Shown piece after piece: positions 1 to 9,091 of a stretch of DNA of 64,000 nucleotides. The translations under genes and the position numbers were made by a program. Within the stretch, counting starts at the first letter, position 1. Each line of letters opens with the position of its first letter. The DNA is from Myxococcota bacterium (GTDB lineage: Bacteria > Myxococcota_A > UBA796 > UBA2385), in assembly GCA_044344255.1 (NCBI GenBank), contig JBIJDH010000024.1, positions 32,001-96,000 of the forward strand. The letters run 5' to 3'. The notes beneath the pieces are model-generated. The model had not been told where the DNA came from. It made no database searches and was given only the letters and a program-made list of their open reading frames with translations.

Positions 1-560
1 TGGGCGATGCCGCGGTTCTCGGGCACCGTCTCGACACCGTCGATCCACATGTCTTCGGTGTTGCCGGGGTTCACGACCAGACAGACGAACTCGTCGGCGC
101 CGCCGCGCGAGCTGTAGCTGCCGGTGGCGGGGAGCTCGAGCACGTCGCCGCTCAAGGTCTCGGGCTCGGTGAGCTCGGCGGGGGCGGCCTCATCTGGGTC
201 TCCCACGGGGGCTCCGGCGGCGGCCCAGGCCTGGATGGTCTCGATCTCCGCCTCCGACAGCCGCCGATCGTCGGCCCAGGCGCGGGTGGGCGTGCACTCG
301 TCGGTCTCGAAGGCCCCCCAGGGCGGCATGCGCCGAGCGGTGACCGCGTCCGACACCGAGGAGGCGAGGGAGGCGGCGATCGCGGGATCGGTGAGGTCAA
401 AGGAGGCGCCGTCGGGCCGATGGCAGCCCGCGCAGCGCTCCGCGACGATCGGCGCCACCTCGCGGTGCCAGGTGGGGCCCGTGGCACCAGAGCCACCGCT
501 GGCGGCCTTGTCCGCGGCGTCATCCGACGAGCAGGCGAGGAGGGCGAGGGCCAGCAGCAT
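1..560 (-). CDS. Lipoprotein with cytochrome c motif, probably leading into a copper type II monooxygenase-like domain (partial; runs off the window edge)
   Basis: Manual translation MLLALALLACSSDD...TWHREVAPIVAERCAGCHR...RMPPW; lipobox, CxxCH and GGAGGA RBS. Not in the ORF track because it is truncated. Confidence 0.7.
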   Translation of the reverse strand, partial: MLLALALLACSSDDAADKAASGGSGATGPTWHREVAPIVAERCAGCHRPDGASFDLTDPAIAASLASSVSDAVTARRMPPWGAFETDECTPTRAWADDRRLSEAEIETIQAWAAAGAPVGDPDEAAPAELTEPETLSGDVLELPATGSYSSRGGADEFVCLVVNPGNTEDMWIDGVETVPENRGIA

Positions 561-651
561 GAGAGATCCTCCGACCAAAGAGACCTCGCCCCCCTTACCC
601 GCGGGGGACGCTCCCCGCCGCAGGGGCGCACAAAATTCACCCCACACGCTC

Positions 652-1149
652 TCAGTCCACGCGCACCGCCGTCGAGAGCCCCGACGCGGTGATCAGGGCC
701 CAGTCCCCTGCGGGGACGCCCGTGATCCGATAGGCCACGTCGAGGGCGCAGATGCAGTCGCAAAAGTCATTGACGAGCTCATAGGAGAGGTACAGCTCAC
801 CAGCCCCCTCTGCGACGGAGGGCACCACGTCCTCGGGGCAGCACCCATCGGCGAAGGCGAAGTGGGTGACCTCGATGGTCCCGACAGTAGACGCCGCCGC
901 CTCGAGCCGCTCCTCCCGGCCCTCTCCGCAGCCGAGGTTCTCCACGTCCTCGACCGCCAAGCTGGTGCCGTCGGTCCCGTCCGTCCCGTCGGTCCCGTCG
1001 GTCCCGTCCGTCCCGTCCGTCCCGTCGGTCCCGTCGGTCCCGCCGCTATCGACGGAGCCGTCCGGATCATCCTTGTCGGCGGCGCCTCCGTCACAGGCGA
1101 GGGCGCCGAGGGTCAAGAGCGAGGCGAAAGCGAGGAGGGGACTGCGCAT
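652..1149 (-). CDS. Lipoprotein with (DGT)n linker and a small Cys-containing domain
   Basis: Lipobox ALAC; DGT tandem repeat; C-terminal DGCC...CDCIC. Confidence 0.75.
   Translation of the reverse strand: MRSPLLAFASLLTLGALACDGGAADKDDPDGSVDSGGTDGTDGTDGTDGTDGTDGTDGTDGTSLAVEDVENLGCGEGREERLEAAASTVGTIEVTHFAFADGCCPEDVVPSVAEGAGELYLSYELVNDFCDCICALDVAYRITGVPAGDWALITASGLSTAVRVD
966..1040 (-). repeat. 9-bp tandem repeat encoding (DGT)n
   Basis: Repeated gtcccgtcc/gtcccgtcg units. Confidence 0.85.
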
Positions 1150-1347
1150 GGTTTGGCCGAGGTGGGGGTGGGTAGCCAGGGCCCGGAGGGGCCTTCGCCC
1201 TCACCCCTAGGATAGTCACCGGCCGTGGGCTGGCCCATAGAGCAGATCTGCACGCCTGCGGGCCAAGATGACCCACGGCTTGTGCGGCCCCGCGGTGGAC
1301 GCCGGCGACGAGGGGCCGCATAAGAGAACATCCACTTGGAGCCCTCC

Positions 1348-2934
1348 ATGCGCCGCTCTCCGCTCAGCCTGCTCGTCCTCCTCCTCGCCGCCTGCGGCGA
1401 CTCCACCCCGAAGGGCTCCACCTCCGAGACACCCGCCGACGGCGCGGATGGTGCGGACGGCGGCGACGGCACCGACGGCAGCGAGGGGGAGGGCGAGGGC
1501 GAAGGTGAGGGTGAGGGTGAGGGGGAGGGGGAGGGTGAAGGGGACGCCGACACCGACGCCGACAGCGACACCGACGTCGATGACGAGAGCCCCGCCGACA
1601 CCGACCTCCCCGAGGACACCGGCGAGCCCGAGTGTGACGAGGCCACCCCGGTGACCCTCTACCTCTCCCCGGACGACTCCAACTCCATGTCTTCGCCCGT
1701 CCAGGTGCGCGAGAAGGTGCTCGCGGCCGGGTATCCCGGCAGCGCGCCCATCCGGGTCTGGGAGTTCTTCAACTACTACCGCTTCGCCTACGCCCCCGCG
1801 GAGCCCGGCGCCCTCCGCCTCGACGCCGCGCTGGTCCCCCGGGTGGGCGGATCCTGGACCCTCCAGCTCGGCTTGACGAGCCCGCCCGCCGACACGGACC
1901 GCGATCTCATGAACCTCACCTTCGTGCTCGACACCTCGGGCTCGATGGAGGGTCGATCGATGGACATGATGAAGGCCTCGATGTCCGTCATCGCCGGGCA
2001 GCTCCAGGCCGGCGACATCGTCTCGATGGTGACCTGGTCGAGCGACGATCGGCTGATCCTCGACAGCCACACCATCACTGGTCCGAGTGACACGGCGCTG
2101 AAGGGTGCCATCACGGACCTCTCCGCCGCCGGCGGCACCGACCTCTCCAACGGGCTCACCAAGGGTTACGCGCTGGCCGAGAAGAACTACTCGGTCGGGC
2201 GGATCAACCGGGTGGTGCTCATCAGCGACGGGGGCGCGAACATGGGCGTCACCGACGGTGCGCTCATCGGCGCTCACGCCGCCGACAGCGACGCCGAGGG
2301 GATCTACCTGGTCGGCGTCGGGGTCGGCACCCACAACTACGACGACACCTTGATGGACGACGTCACCGACCTCGGGAAGGGCGCCGCGGTCTTCATCCCC
2401 ACCGAAGCGGAGGCGGAGCGGGTGTTCAGCGAGCGCTTCTCGAACACCTTCGGCGTCTCGGCCCGCGATGTGGGGCTCCAGCTCACCCTGCCGCCGGGCT
2501 TCGAGATCGTGCGCTTCTCCGGAGAGGAGTACAGCACCGACTTCACCGAGATCGAGCCCCAGCACCTCGCACCCGACGACAGCATGGTCTTCTTCCAGGA
2601 GATCGAGACCTGCGCGCCCGAGGGCATCAGCGACGAGAGCCCGGTGACCGTCACCGCCGTCTGGAAGGACCCCCTCACCTTTGTGTCCAACGAGCAGGTC
2701 CTGTCCACGACCTTTGGCGAGCTCGCGGCCGCCGACACCGTCGAGCTCACCCGCGGCGCGGCCCTCTTCGCTTATGTCGAGATGCTCAAGGCCTGTCGGT
2801 ACGGCTGCAGCGACGCGGTCGGGCTGGCGGCCTGGGACACGAGCATGGACGCCCTCGACGCCGCCGACCTCCTCCTCCCCGGCGACGCCGATCTGGCCGA
2901 GCTGCGCCTCATCACCGAGGCCCTGGCGCCCTGA
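1348..2934 (+). CDS. VWA-domain lipoprotein (YfbK-like) with GE/DT acidic linker
   Basis: Lipobox LAAC; MIDAS DTSGSM, GGTDL, ISDGGAN; (GE)n then DADTD repeats. Confidence 0.85.
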   Translation: MRRSPLSLLVLLLAACGDSTPKGSTSETPADGADGADGGDGTDGSEGEGEGEGEGEGEGEGEGEGDADTDADSDTDVDDESPADTDLPEDTGEPECDEATPVTLYLSPDDSNSMSSPVQVREKVLAAGYPGSAPIRVWEFFNYYRFAYAPAEPGALRLDAALVPRVGGSWTLQLGLTSPPADTDRDLMNLTFVLDTSGSMEGRSMDMMKASMSVIAGQLQAGDIVSMVTWSSDDRLILDSHTITGPSDTALKGAITDLSAAGGTDLSNGLTKGYALAEKNYSVGRINRVVLISDGGANMGVTDGALIGAHAADSDAEGIYLVGVGVGTHNYDDTLMDDVTDLGKGAAVFIPTEAEAERVFSERFSNTFGVSARDVGLQLTLPPGFEIVRFSGEEYSTDFTEIEPQHLAPDDSMVFFQEIETCAPEGISDESPVTVTAVWKDPLTFVSNEQVLSTTFGELAAADTVELTRGAALFAYVEMLKACRYGCSDAVGLAAWDTSMDALDAADLLLPGDADLAELRLITEALAP

Positions 2935-3003
2935 TATCTCCCTGCTCCCCACTGCCTCCGGGCGCCAAGCACACTTTGTACTCTCGGACCGATCGGAGGC
3001 GCG

Positions 3004-4050
3004 GTGGAGTCTGAGCACCTGGACTATGAGAAGCTCGGCCGAGAGCTGCTCCTCGCCCTGCGAGGAAAACGCTCGCAGACCGCCTGGTCGCGGCGCCTTG
3101 GTTACAAGAGCAACGTCGCTTATGCCTGGGAGGCGGGCCGCCGCTGGCCGACCGCCGCCGAGACCCTCCGCGCCGCCGCCCGCACCCACATCGACGTCCG
3201 CGCGGCGCTGGAGCGCTTCTACGGCAAGCCTCCCCCCTGGCAGAGTGACCTCGACCCCACCACCCCCGCGGGCGTCGCCGCCCTCCTCGATGACCTGCGG
3301 GGGAGCACCTCCATCGCCGACCTCGCCCGACAGACCGGCCTCTCCCGATACGCGATCTCCCGCTGGCTCTCCGCCGCGACCGAGCCGCGCCTGCCGGACT
3401 TCCTCCGCCTGGTCGAGGTCGCCTCGGTGCGCCTCGTCGATCTCCTCGCCGCCTTCCTCGATCCCCGGCTCCTCCCCTCTATCGCCCCCCTCTGGGAGCG
3501 TATCGAGGCCCGCCGACGCGGCGCGGCGGAGCTGCCCTGGACCCAGGCCATCGTGCGGGTGCTCGAGCTCGACGCCTATCGGGCCCTCCCGGCCCACGAG
3601 CCCGGCTGGGTCGCCCAGCGACTGGGCATCGAAGAGGCCGAGGAGGCCCGCTGCCTCGCCTTCCTCCGCGACACCGGCCAGGTGAGCTGGACGGGCACTC
3701 ACTACCACCCCGATCTGCAGGCCGTCGACACCCGCCGGCACCCCGAGATCGGCCGCAAGCTCAAGGCCCACTGGACCCGCGTGGGCGCCGAGCGGATCGA
3801 GGCGGGCGCCCCCGGCCAGTTCTCCTACAACGTGTTCACCGTCTCGGCGGCAGACTTTGAGCGCATCCGAGAGGCGCACCTCCAGTACTTTCACGCCCTC
3901 CGCTCGATCGTCGCCGCCTCGTCGCCCAATGAGGTGGTCGCGGTGGCCAACGTGCAGCTCTTCGCCCTCGGGCCACAGACGACAGGGCCCGTCGGGCCGC
4001 AGACGACAGGGCCCGTCGGGCCGCAGACGACAGGGCCCGTCGGGCGCTAA
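3004..4050 (+). CDS. Double-HTH transcriptional regulator, DUF4423/TIGR02147-like
   Basis: Two XRE-like HTHs (SQTAWSRRLG...WEAGRR; SIADLARQTGLSRYAISRWL); C-terminal ANVQLF. Confidence 0.7.
   Translation: MESEHLDYEKLGRELLLALRGKRSQTAWSRRLGYKSNVAYAWEAGRRWPTAAETLRAAARTHIDVRAALERFYGKPPPWQSDLDPTTPAGVAALLDDLRGSTSIADLARQTGLSRYAISRWLSAATEPRLPDFLRLVEVASVRLVDLLAAFLDPRLLPSIAPLWERIEARRRGAAELPWTQAIVRVLELDAYRALPAHEPGWVAQRLGIEEAEEARCLAFLRDTGQVSWTGTHYHPDLQAVDTRRHPEIGRKLKAHWTRVGAERIEAGAPGQFSYNVFTVSAADFERIREAHLQYFHALRSIVAASSPNEVVAVANVQLFALGPQTTGPVGPQTTGPVGPQTTGPVGR
3968..4044 (+). repeat. 24-bp tandem repeat x3 encoding GPQTTGPV
   Basis: cc(a/g)cagacgacagggcccgtcggg three times just before the stop codon. Confidence 0.9.
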
Positions 4051-4553
4051 TTTCCGCTCCGGGCCTCGCTCCCGCGCTTCGCCGCTCGGCGTCGGAGCTC
4101 GGCCGGCCCGAGAAAGAGGCCATAGGGCTCCTCCCCGCGCACGTGGTGGACCTCGTGGGCGGCGACGATCCGCCGAAAGAACCGGGAGCGCCCAAGGAAG
4201 GCCACCGGCAGCCTCCCGTGGATGAGCCCGTCGTGTACCACGGAGTAAGACAGTCCAAAGGCGGTCATGCCGAGGCCCACCGCGAAGAGCACCTCGCGGA
4301 GCAGCCCCGGCGCGCCGAGGCAGCCATAGAGGATCATCGCGATAGCCGGGGGCGCGTGGAGGACGGCGAAGACGTCGTTCTTCTCGAAGCGGCCGACCCT
4401 CGGCTCATGGTGAGAGCGGTGCCAGCCCCAGAGCGGGCCGTGCCAGACCCGCCCGTGCACGAAGGCCGACCAGGGCTCCATCATCGCGGCGACGGGGAGG
4501 CCGACGAGGAGCCAGACGAGCACCTTCTGCCCCGCCTCGGACAGGTCGCTCAT
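4047..4553 (-). CDS. crtZ: Beta-carotene hydroxylase
   Basis: His boxes HGRVWHG, HRSHH, FEKND, VHDGLIH, HEVHH; lies in the crt cluster. Confidence 0.9.
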   Translation of the reverse strand: MSDLSEAGQKVLVWLLVGLPVAAMMEPWSAFVHGRVWHGPLWGWHRSHHEPRVGRFEKNDVFAVLHAPPAIAMILYGCLGAPGLLREVLFAVGLGMTAFGLSYSVVHDGLIHGRLPVAFLGRSRFFRRIVAAHEVHHVRGEEPYGLFLGPAELRRRAAKRGSEARSGN

Positions 4554-5434
4554 TTTGCGGCCTCGCGGACGAGGAGGGAGGAGGCGCTGCCGACCCACTC
4601 CACGCCGCGCACGGGGGGCAGCAGCTCGGTGTCGATCCCGCGGCCGCCGATCACCACGCGGGTGGCCTCATCACAGCCCCCCCGGAGGGCCCGCGCATAG
4701 GCGACGAGCTCGCCCATGTGCTGGGTCAACATCACGCCGATGCAGACCATCTGCGGCCGCGCGTCGCGCAGCATCAGCAGGAGGTCCGGGAGGGGGACGT
4801 CCGCGCCGAGGTAGGTCACCCGCCAGCCCTGGAGGGCGAGGAGCACGGAGAGGCCGAGGAGGCCACCGTCATGCCGCTCCGCGGGGAACCCCGCCGCGAC
4901 GACGCCCGGCCCGCCCACAGGCCCGCACTCGAGGCTGAGCAGCATCGCCACCATCTGCTCGCGGCAAAACTCGCTGGCGAAGTGCTCCTGAGCGACCGTG
5001 ATCTCCCCCCTCGACCAGCGCTCACCGAGCTCGCGCAGGATGGGGAAGTAGACATCGAGGACGAGGCGGTTGTAGCCGAGCGTCGCCATCCTGGGCACCA
5101 ACCGATCGGCCCGGGCCCGCTGGTAGGCCAGCAGCTCGACGACGAGCTGAGCGCGGAGTTGGTCGATGCCCTGGGGCTCCGGGAGCTCCGCCAGCGGCGG
5201 CGGCGGCGCCAGCTTGGCCCGATCTCCGAGCAGCGAGATGGCCTCGCTCACCTTGTGCCCGGCGTCTACGAGCCGCTTGATCTCCTTGAGAACCGCGACG
5301 TCCTGCTCCGAGAATTCCCGATAGCCGTTGTTCTGTCGCTCCGGCGTGAGCATTCCATAGCGCCGCTCCCACGCCAGGAGGGTGTTTCGAGGGATGCCCG
5401 TCAGCTCAGCTACAGTCTTGATGCGATAACCCAT
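4550..5434 (-). CDS. carH: MerR-family cobalamin-dependent photoregulator (CarH/LitR type)
   Basis: MerR HTH (WERRYG); W-x9-EH motif (WSRGEITVAQEH); B12 motif ERHDGG, YLGADVP. Confidence 0.85.
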   Translation of the reverse strand: MGYRIKTVAELTGIPRNTLLAWERRYGMLTPERQNNGYREFSEQDVAVLKEIKRLVDAGHKVSEAISLLGDRAKLAPPPPLAELPEPQGIDQLRAQLVVELLAYQRARADRLVPRMATLGYNRLVLDVYFPILRELGERWSRGEITVAQEHFASEFCREQMVAMLLSLECGPVGGPGVVAAGFPAERHDGGLLGLSVLLALQGWRVTYLGADVPLPDLLLMLRDARPQMVCIGVMLTQHMGELVAYARALRGGCDEATRVVIGGRGIDTELLPPVRGVEWVGSASSLLVREAAK

Positions 5435-5437
5435 GAT

Positions 5438-6358
5438 TTAAGAGCCTCGGGGAGCCGGAAGAGCCGCGGTGCCGGCGACCTGTCGCCATTTCAAGAAGTC
5501 CATCAGACCGGAGACGACCGCTCCCAGTCGGGAGAGGGGGGGCAAGATGGTTCGACCGTGGCTGGGGTCGGCGCCATGGACCGCCACGAGGCGGTGCCCA
5601 ATGCCCTGGTAGAGGCGCGCCGCGACGAAGATCGCGACCCGGCTGCGGAGGGGGATGAAGCCCATGCCGGCGCGACCGAGATCGTAGAGGCCGTCCGCCC
5701 GGCGCAGCAGCGCGCGGACCACCCGGGACAGGGCCGCGCGGTCGGCGGTGCCTGCGAGCACCGCCTCCGGGGTGAGGCCCTCTGCCGACAGGCGGGACGC
5801 GGGGAGGTAGACCCTGCCCATTCGGGCGTCCTCGACCACGTCGCGACTGAGGTTCGTGAGCTGCATCGCCATCCCGAGGGCGATGGCGTGCCGCCGGGCG
5901 GTGGGGTCTGTCACCCCGAGCACCCCGCACATGAGGAGGCCCACCGTCCCCGCCACCCGATAGCAGTAGAGATCGAGGACGGCATCGTCGGAGATCCGGA
6001 CGGGCTCCAGATCGGAGAGGGCGCCCTCGATGAGGTCGAGCGCGGCCTGGACCTCGATCTGCTTCTCCGCCGCCATCCGCAAGAAGTGGGAGACGAGGGG
6101 GCGAGGCACGGCCTCCTGACGCAGCTCGGCCTGCAGCTTCGAGAGCTCCAGGCGGGCGATCGCGGGGTCGGGGGACTCATCGGCGAGGTCATCGATGAGC
6201 CGACAGAGGGCATAGACCACCGCCGCGTCGTCGGTGGCCTGGGCGGGAAGGAAGAAGGCGGCCAATCGAAAGGAGCGGGCGTGCTTGGACAGGACCGCCC
6301 GGCTCTGGCTCACGAGCTCCTCGGCCCGCTCGACCTCCCCGGCGACGGCGGTGCTCAC
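5438..6358 (-). CDS. crtB: Phytoene synthase
   Basis: ARSF, YALCRLIDDLAD, YCYRVAGTVG, QLTNLSRDVVED, GRVYLP. Confidence 0.95.
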   Translation of the reverse strand: MSTAVAGEVERAEELVSQSRAVLSKHARSFRLAAFFLPAQATDDAAVVYALCRLIDDLADESPDPAIARLELSKLQAELRQEAVPRPLVSHFLRMAAEKQIEVQAALDLIEGALSDLEPVRISDDAVLDLYCYRVAGTVGLLMCGVLGVTDPTARRHAIALGMAMQLTNLSRDVVEDARMGRVYLPASRLSAEGLTPEAVLAGTADRAALSRVVRALLRRADGLYDLGRAGMGFIPLRSRVAIFVAARLYQGIGHRLVAVHGADPSHGRTILPPLSRLGAVVSGLMDFLKWRQVAGTAALPAPRGS

Positions 6359-7947
6359 TTTGCCACGCTGGGAAGCACGCGGGGGAGGCGGGCGCTCACC
6401 AAACGCGCGGCCGAGGGCAGCGGGAGGGCGGCCACCGGCAGGGGCACCACCTTCTCCATCACCTTGGCGCCGCAGAGCACCCCCGGTACGCCGGCGCCCG
6501 GGTGGGTGCTGGCGCCGACGAAGTAGAGCCCGTCTACGTCCTCGGAGCGGTTGTGGTATCGGAACCAGGCCGACTGGGTGAGCACGGGCTCGATGCCGAA
6601 GGCCGCGCCCTGATAGGACCGCAGGTCTCCGGCGAAGTAGCGCGGATCGACCGAGTGGCAGGTGACGATGTGCTCGCGCAGGCCGGGCAGCACCCGGGCC
6701 TCGAGGTGAGAGAGGATGCGCTGCTCGTACTCTGGCGCCGCCTCTGCCCAGTCAATGCCCGAGAGCTGGTTGGGCACCGGCGAGAGCACATAGAAGGCCT
6801 CTCCCCCCGGCGGTGCGAGATCGGGATCGGAGCGAGTGGGGGCGTGGAGGTAGAGCGAGAAGTCGTCGGCCAGCACCTTCTTGTTGAAGATGTCGGTGAG
6901 CAGCCCCTCGTAGCGGGGCCCGAGCACGATCGAGTGGTGGGCCTGATCGGCATACGGGATGTCGGTGCCGAAGTAGGTCACGAACAAGCTCATCGACTGG
7001 CGCTTTCGGGCGACGGCGCGGTCGCTGTGCTTGCTCCGGTGCTCTGGCGCGATCATCTTCGTGTAGACCATCGAAGGATCGGCGTTGCTGACCACGAAGC
7101 GACAGGGGATCCGCTCGCCGCTCTCGAGCACCACCGCCACCGCGCGCCCGTCCTTCACCTCGATACGCTCGACCGGCGCCTCGGTGCGCACCTCGACGTC
7201 GAGCTCGGCGAGGAGGTCCGTCAGCGCGGTCACGAGGGCGCCCGTGCCGCCCTTCGGGAAGAAGACCCCCCATTTTCGCTCGAGCCAGTGGATGAGCATG
7301 TAGATGGAGGTGGTCTCCATCGGGTTGCCGCCCACCAGCAGGGGCTGAAAGGTGAAGACCTGCCGCAGGCGGGGGTCTTCGATGTACTTGCTCACGAGAC
7401 CATAGACGGTGCGGTAGCTCTCGAGGCGCACCATGTCGGGCACGGCGCGCAGCATGTCCGAGAGGCGGTCGAAGGGCTGATCGGCCAGCTTCATGTAGCC
7501 GACGTCGAAGATGCGCTCGGCGTGGGCGGCGAGGCGGCGATAACCATCGACGTCGCGAGGGGAGAGGGCCTGGATCTGCGAGAGGATCCGCTCCTCCTCG
7601 CCCACGTAGTCGAAGGTGGCGCCGTCGGGGAACATCACCCGGTAGAAGGGATCGACCGGCAGCAGCTCGACATAATCTCGCCGGTCTCTCCCCACGAGGC
7701 TGAAGAGCTCGTCGATGAGGTAGGGAGCGGTGATGACGGTGGGGCCGGCGTCGAAGGTGAAGCCCTCTCGATGGAAGACCCGCGCGCGGCCGCCGGCCTG
7801 GGGCCCCGCCTCGAGGACACGCACGGGGTGACCCATGGCGCGGAGGCGGATGGCAGCAGCGAGGCCGCCGAAGCCGGCGCCGATGACGACGACGGGCGCG
7901 CCGTCCGCGGTGGGGCGGGCCCCGGTCTGTTCAGGATTGGGGGACAT
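6355..7947 (-). CDS. crtI: Phytoene desaturase
   Basis: GAGFGGLA, FDAGPTVIT, SLYLHAP, VGASTHPGAGVPGV. Confidence 0.95.
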   Translation of the reverse strand: MSPNPEQTGARPTADGAPVVVIGAGFGGLAAAIRLRAMGHPVRVLEAGPQAGGRARVFHREGFTFDAGPTVITAPYLIDELFSLVGRDRRDYVELLPVDPFYRVMFPDGATFDYVGEEERILSQIQALSPRDVDGYRRLAAHAERIFDVGYMKLADQPFDRLSDMLRAVPDMVRLESYRTVYGLVSKYIEDPRLRQVFTFQPLLVGGNPMETTSIYMLIHWLERKWGVFFPKGGTGALVTALTDLLAELDVEVRTEAPVERIEVKDGRAVAVVLESGERIPCRFVVSNADPSMVYTKMIAPEHRSKHSDRAVARKRQSMSLFVTYFGTDIPYADQAHHSIVLGPRYEGLLTDIFNKKVLADDFSLYLHAPTRSDPDLAPPGGEAFYVLSPVPNQLSGIDWAEAAPEYEQRILSHLEARVLPGLREHIVTCHSVDPRYFAGDLRSYQGAAFGIEPVLTQSAWFRYHNRSEDVDGLYFVGASTHPGAGVPGVLCGAKVMEKVVPLPVAALPLPSAARLVSARLPRVLPSVAK

Positions 7948-9091
7948 GGGAGGGGCTCCAGAGCTGGGCGATCGGGGCGAGGGAGGCGTCCACGAGCTCG
8001 GTGGCCACGCCCCGGAGGGCGGCGGTGAGCGCGGGATCGGAGAGGACCTGTTCACGGATCTGCATGATCTCGGTGAGCACGGCGTCGAGCGCGCCGCTCT
8101 TGCGGAAGCGCCGGATCGCGAGCTCGACGCTCGAGTCGGGGGTGGCCTCGCGGGGGGCCTGGAGCAGGGCGAGCAGCCAAGGCCGGTCGGAGGGGGCGCG
8201 CTCGAGGTGGGCGACGACGAGGCTGCTCACCTTGCCCTCGCGGAGGTCCGCGCCAGGGCGGCCGCGACCTTTGTCTCCGTAGAGGTCGACCACGTCGTCC
8301 TGGAGCTGGAAGAGCACGCCGAGCTCGGCGAAGGGGGCGGACATCCGGGCGGCGGCGGCGGCGTCGTAGCCGGCCACCAGCGCGGCGCCCTCGACCGGCA
8401 GCGAGAAGAGCCCGCCGGTCTTTCCCCGAGCGGCCCGCACCCAGGCGGCGCGGTGGAGGTGCTCGCCGGGCAGGAGGTCGATGTCTTCCACTTGACCGCG
8501 CACGGTGCGGACCGCAGCCTCAGCGAGCGAGCGGGAGAGGGCGGCGCGATGGTCCCCCGAGACCTGCAGGCTGGCGAGGGCCACGAAGGGGAGCATCAGG
8601 AGGAGGTCACCGGCGTTGATGGCCTGGTGGACCCCGTGGCGCACCCAGGTGGTGGGCTGGCCGCGGCGGACGGTGTCACCGTCCTGGATGTCATCGTGGA
8701 TGAGCGTGGCATTATGAAGCAGCTCACAGGCCGCGGCCCAGGGCGCGGCGGCGGCGCGGTCGCCCCCGAGGGCGGCGGTGGCGGCGAGGGCGAGGCGGGC
8801 CCGCACCCGCTTGCCGCCGGTGGAGAGGTGCTCCTGCACCATCACGCCGGCCCGATCGAGCCGATCTCCAGACGCCAACCGCCCCATCATCGCCTCGACG
8901 AGGTCGAGCCCCTCATCGCAGAAGATGGAGTCTTCCCCCATCACGACGGGTGAAACGGGCGGGACCGGCAGCGGCAAGACCGGCAGCGGCAGGACCGGCA
9001 GCGGAAGGACAGACAGGGGCAGGACAGACAAGGGCAGGACAGACAAGGGTAGTGCGGACATCGGGCTCCCTTCGGGGGCGGGCGGCATCAT
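7931..9091 (-). CDS. crtE: Polyprenyl (geranylgeranyl) diphosphate synthase
   Basis: GGKRVR, LIHDDIQD, RRG, KTG, FQLQDD; ATGA overlap with the upstream cyclase; start uncertain (9091, 9061 or 8941). Confidence 0.85.
   Translation of the reverse strand: MMPPAPEGSPMSALPLSVLPLSVLPLSVLPLPVLPLPVLPLPVPPVSPVVMGEDSIFCDEGLDLVEAMMGRLASGDRLDRAGVMVQEHLSTGGKRVRARLALAATAALGGDRAAAAPWAAACELLHNATLIHDDIQDGDTVRRGQPTTWVRHGVHQAINAGDLLLMLPFVALASLQVSGDHRAALSRSLAEAAVRTVRGQVEDIDLLPGEHLHRAAWVRAARGKTGGLFSLPVEGAALVAGYDAAAAARMSAPFAELGVLFQLQDDVVDLYGDKGRGRPGADLREGKVSSLVVAHLERAPSDRPWLLALLQAPREATPDSSVELAIRRFRKSGALDAVLTEIMQIREQVLSDPALTAALRGVATELVDASLAPIAQLWSPSHVPQS
8962..9051 (-). repeat. 15-bp tandem repeat x6 encoding LPLSV/LPLPV
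   Basis: Three ggacagaca-type and three ggaccggca-type units. Confidence 0.9.

Noticed and set aside
866..1210. Collagen-like or PSV/GPT repeat ORFs
   Set aside because: Alternative frames of the (DGT)n linker of the 652-1149 lipoprotein
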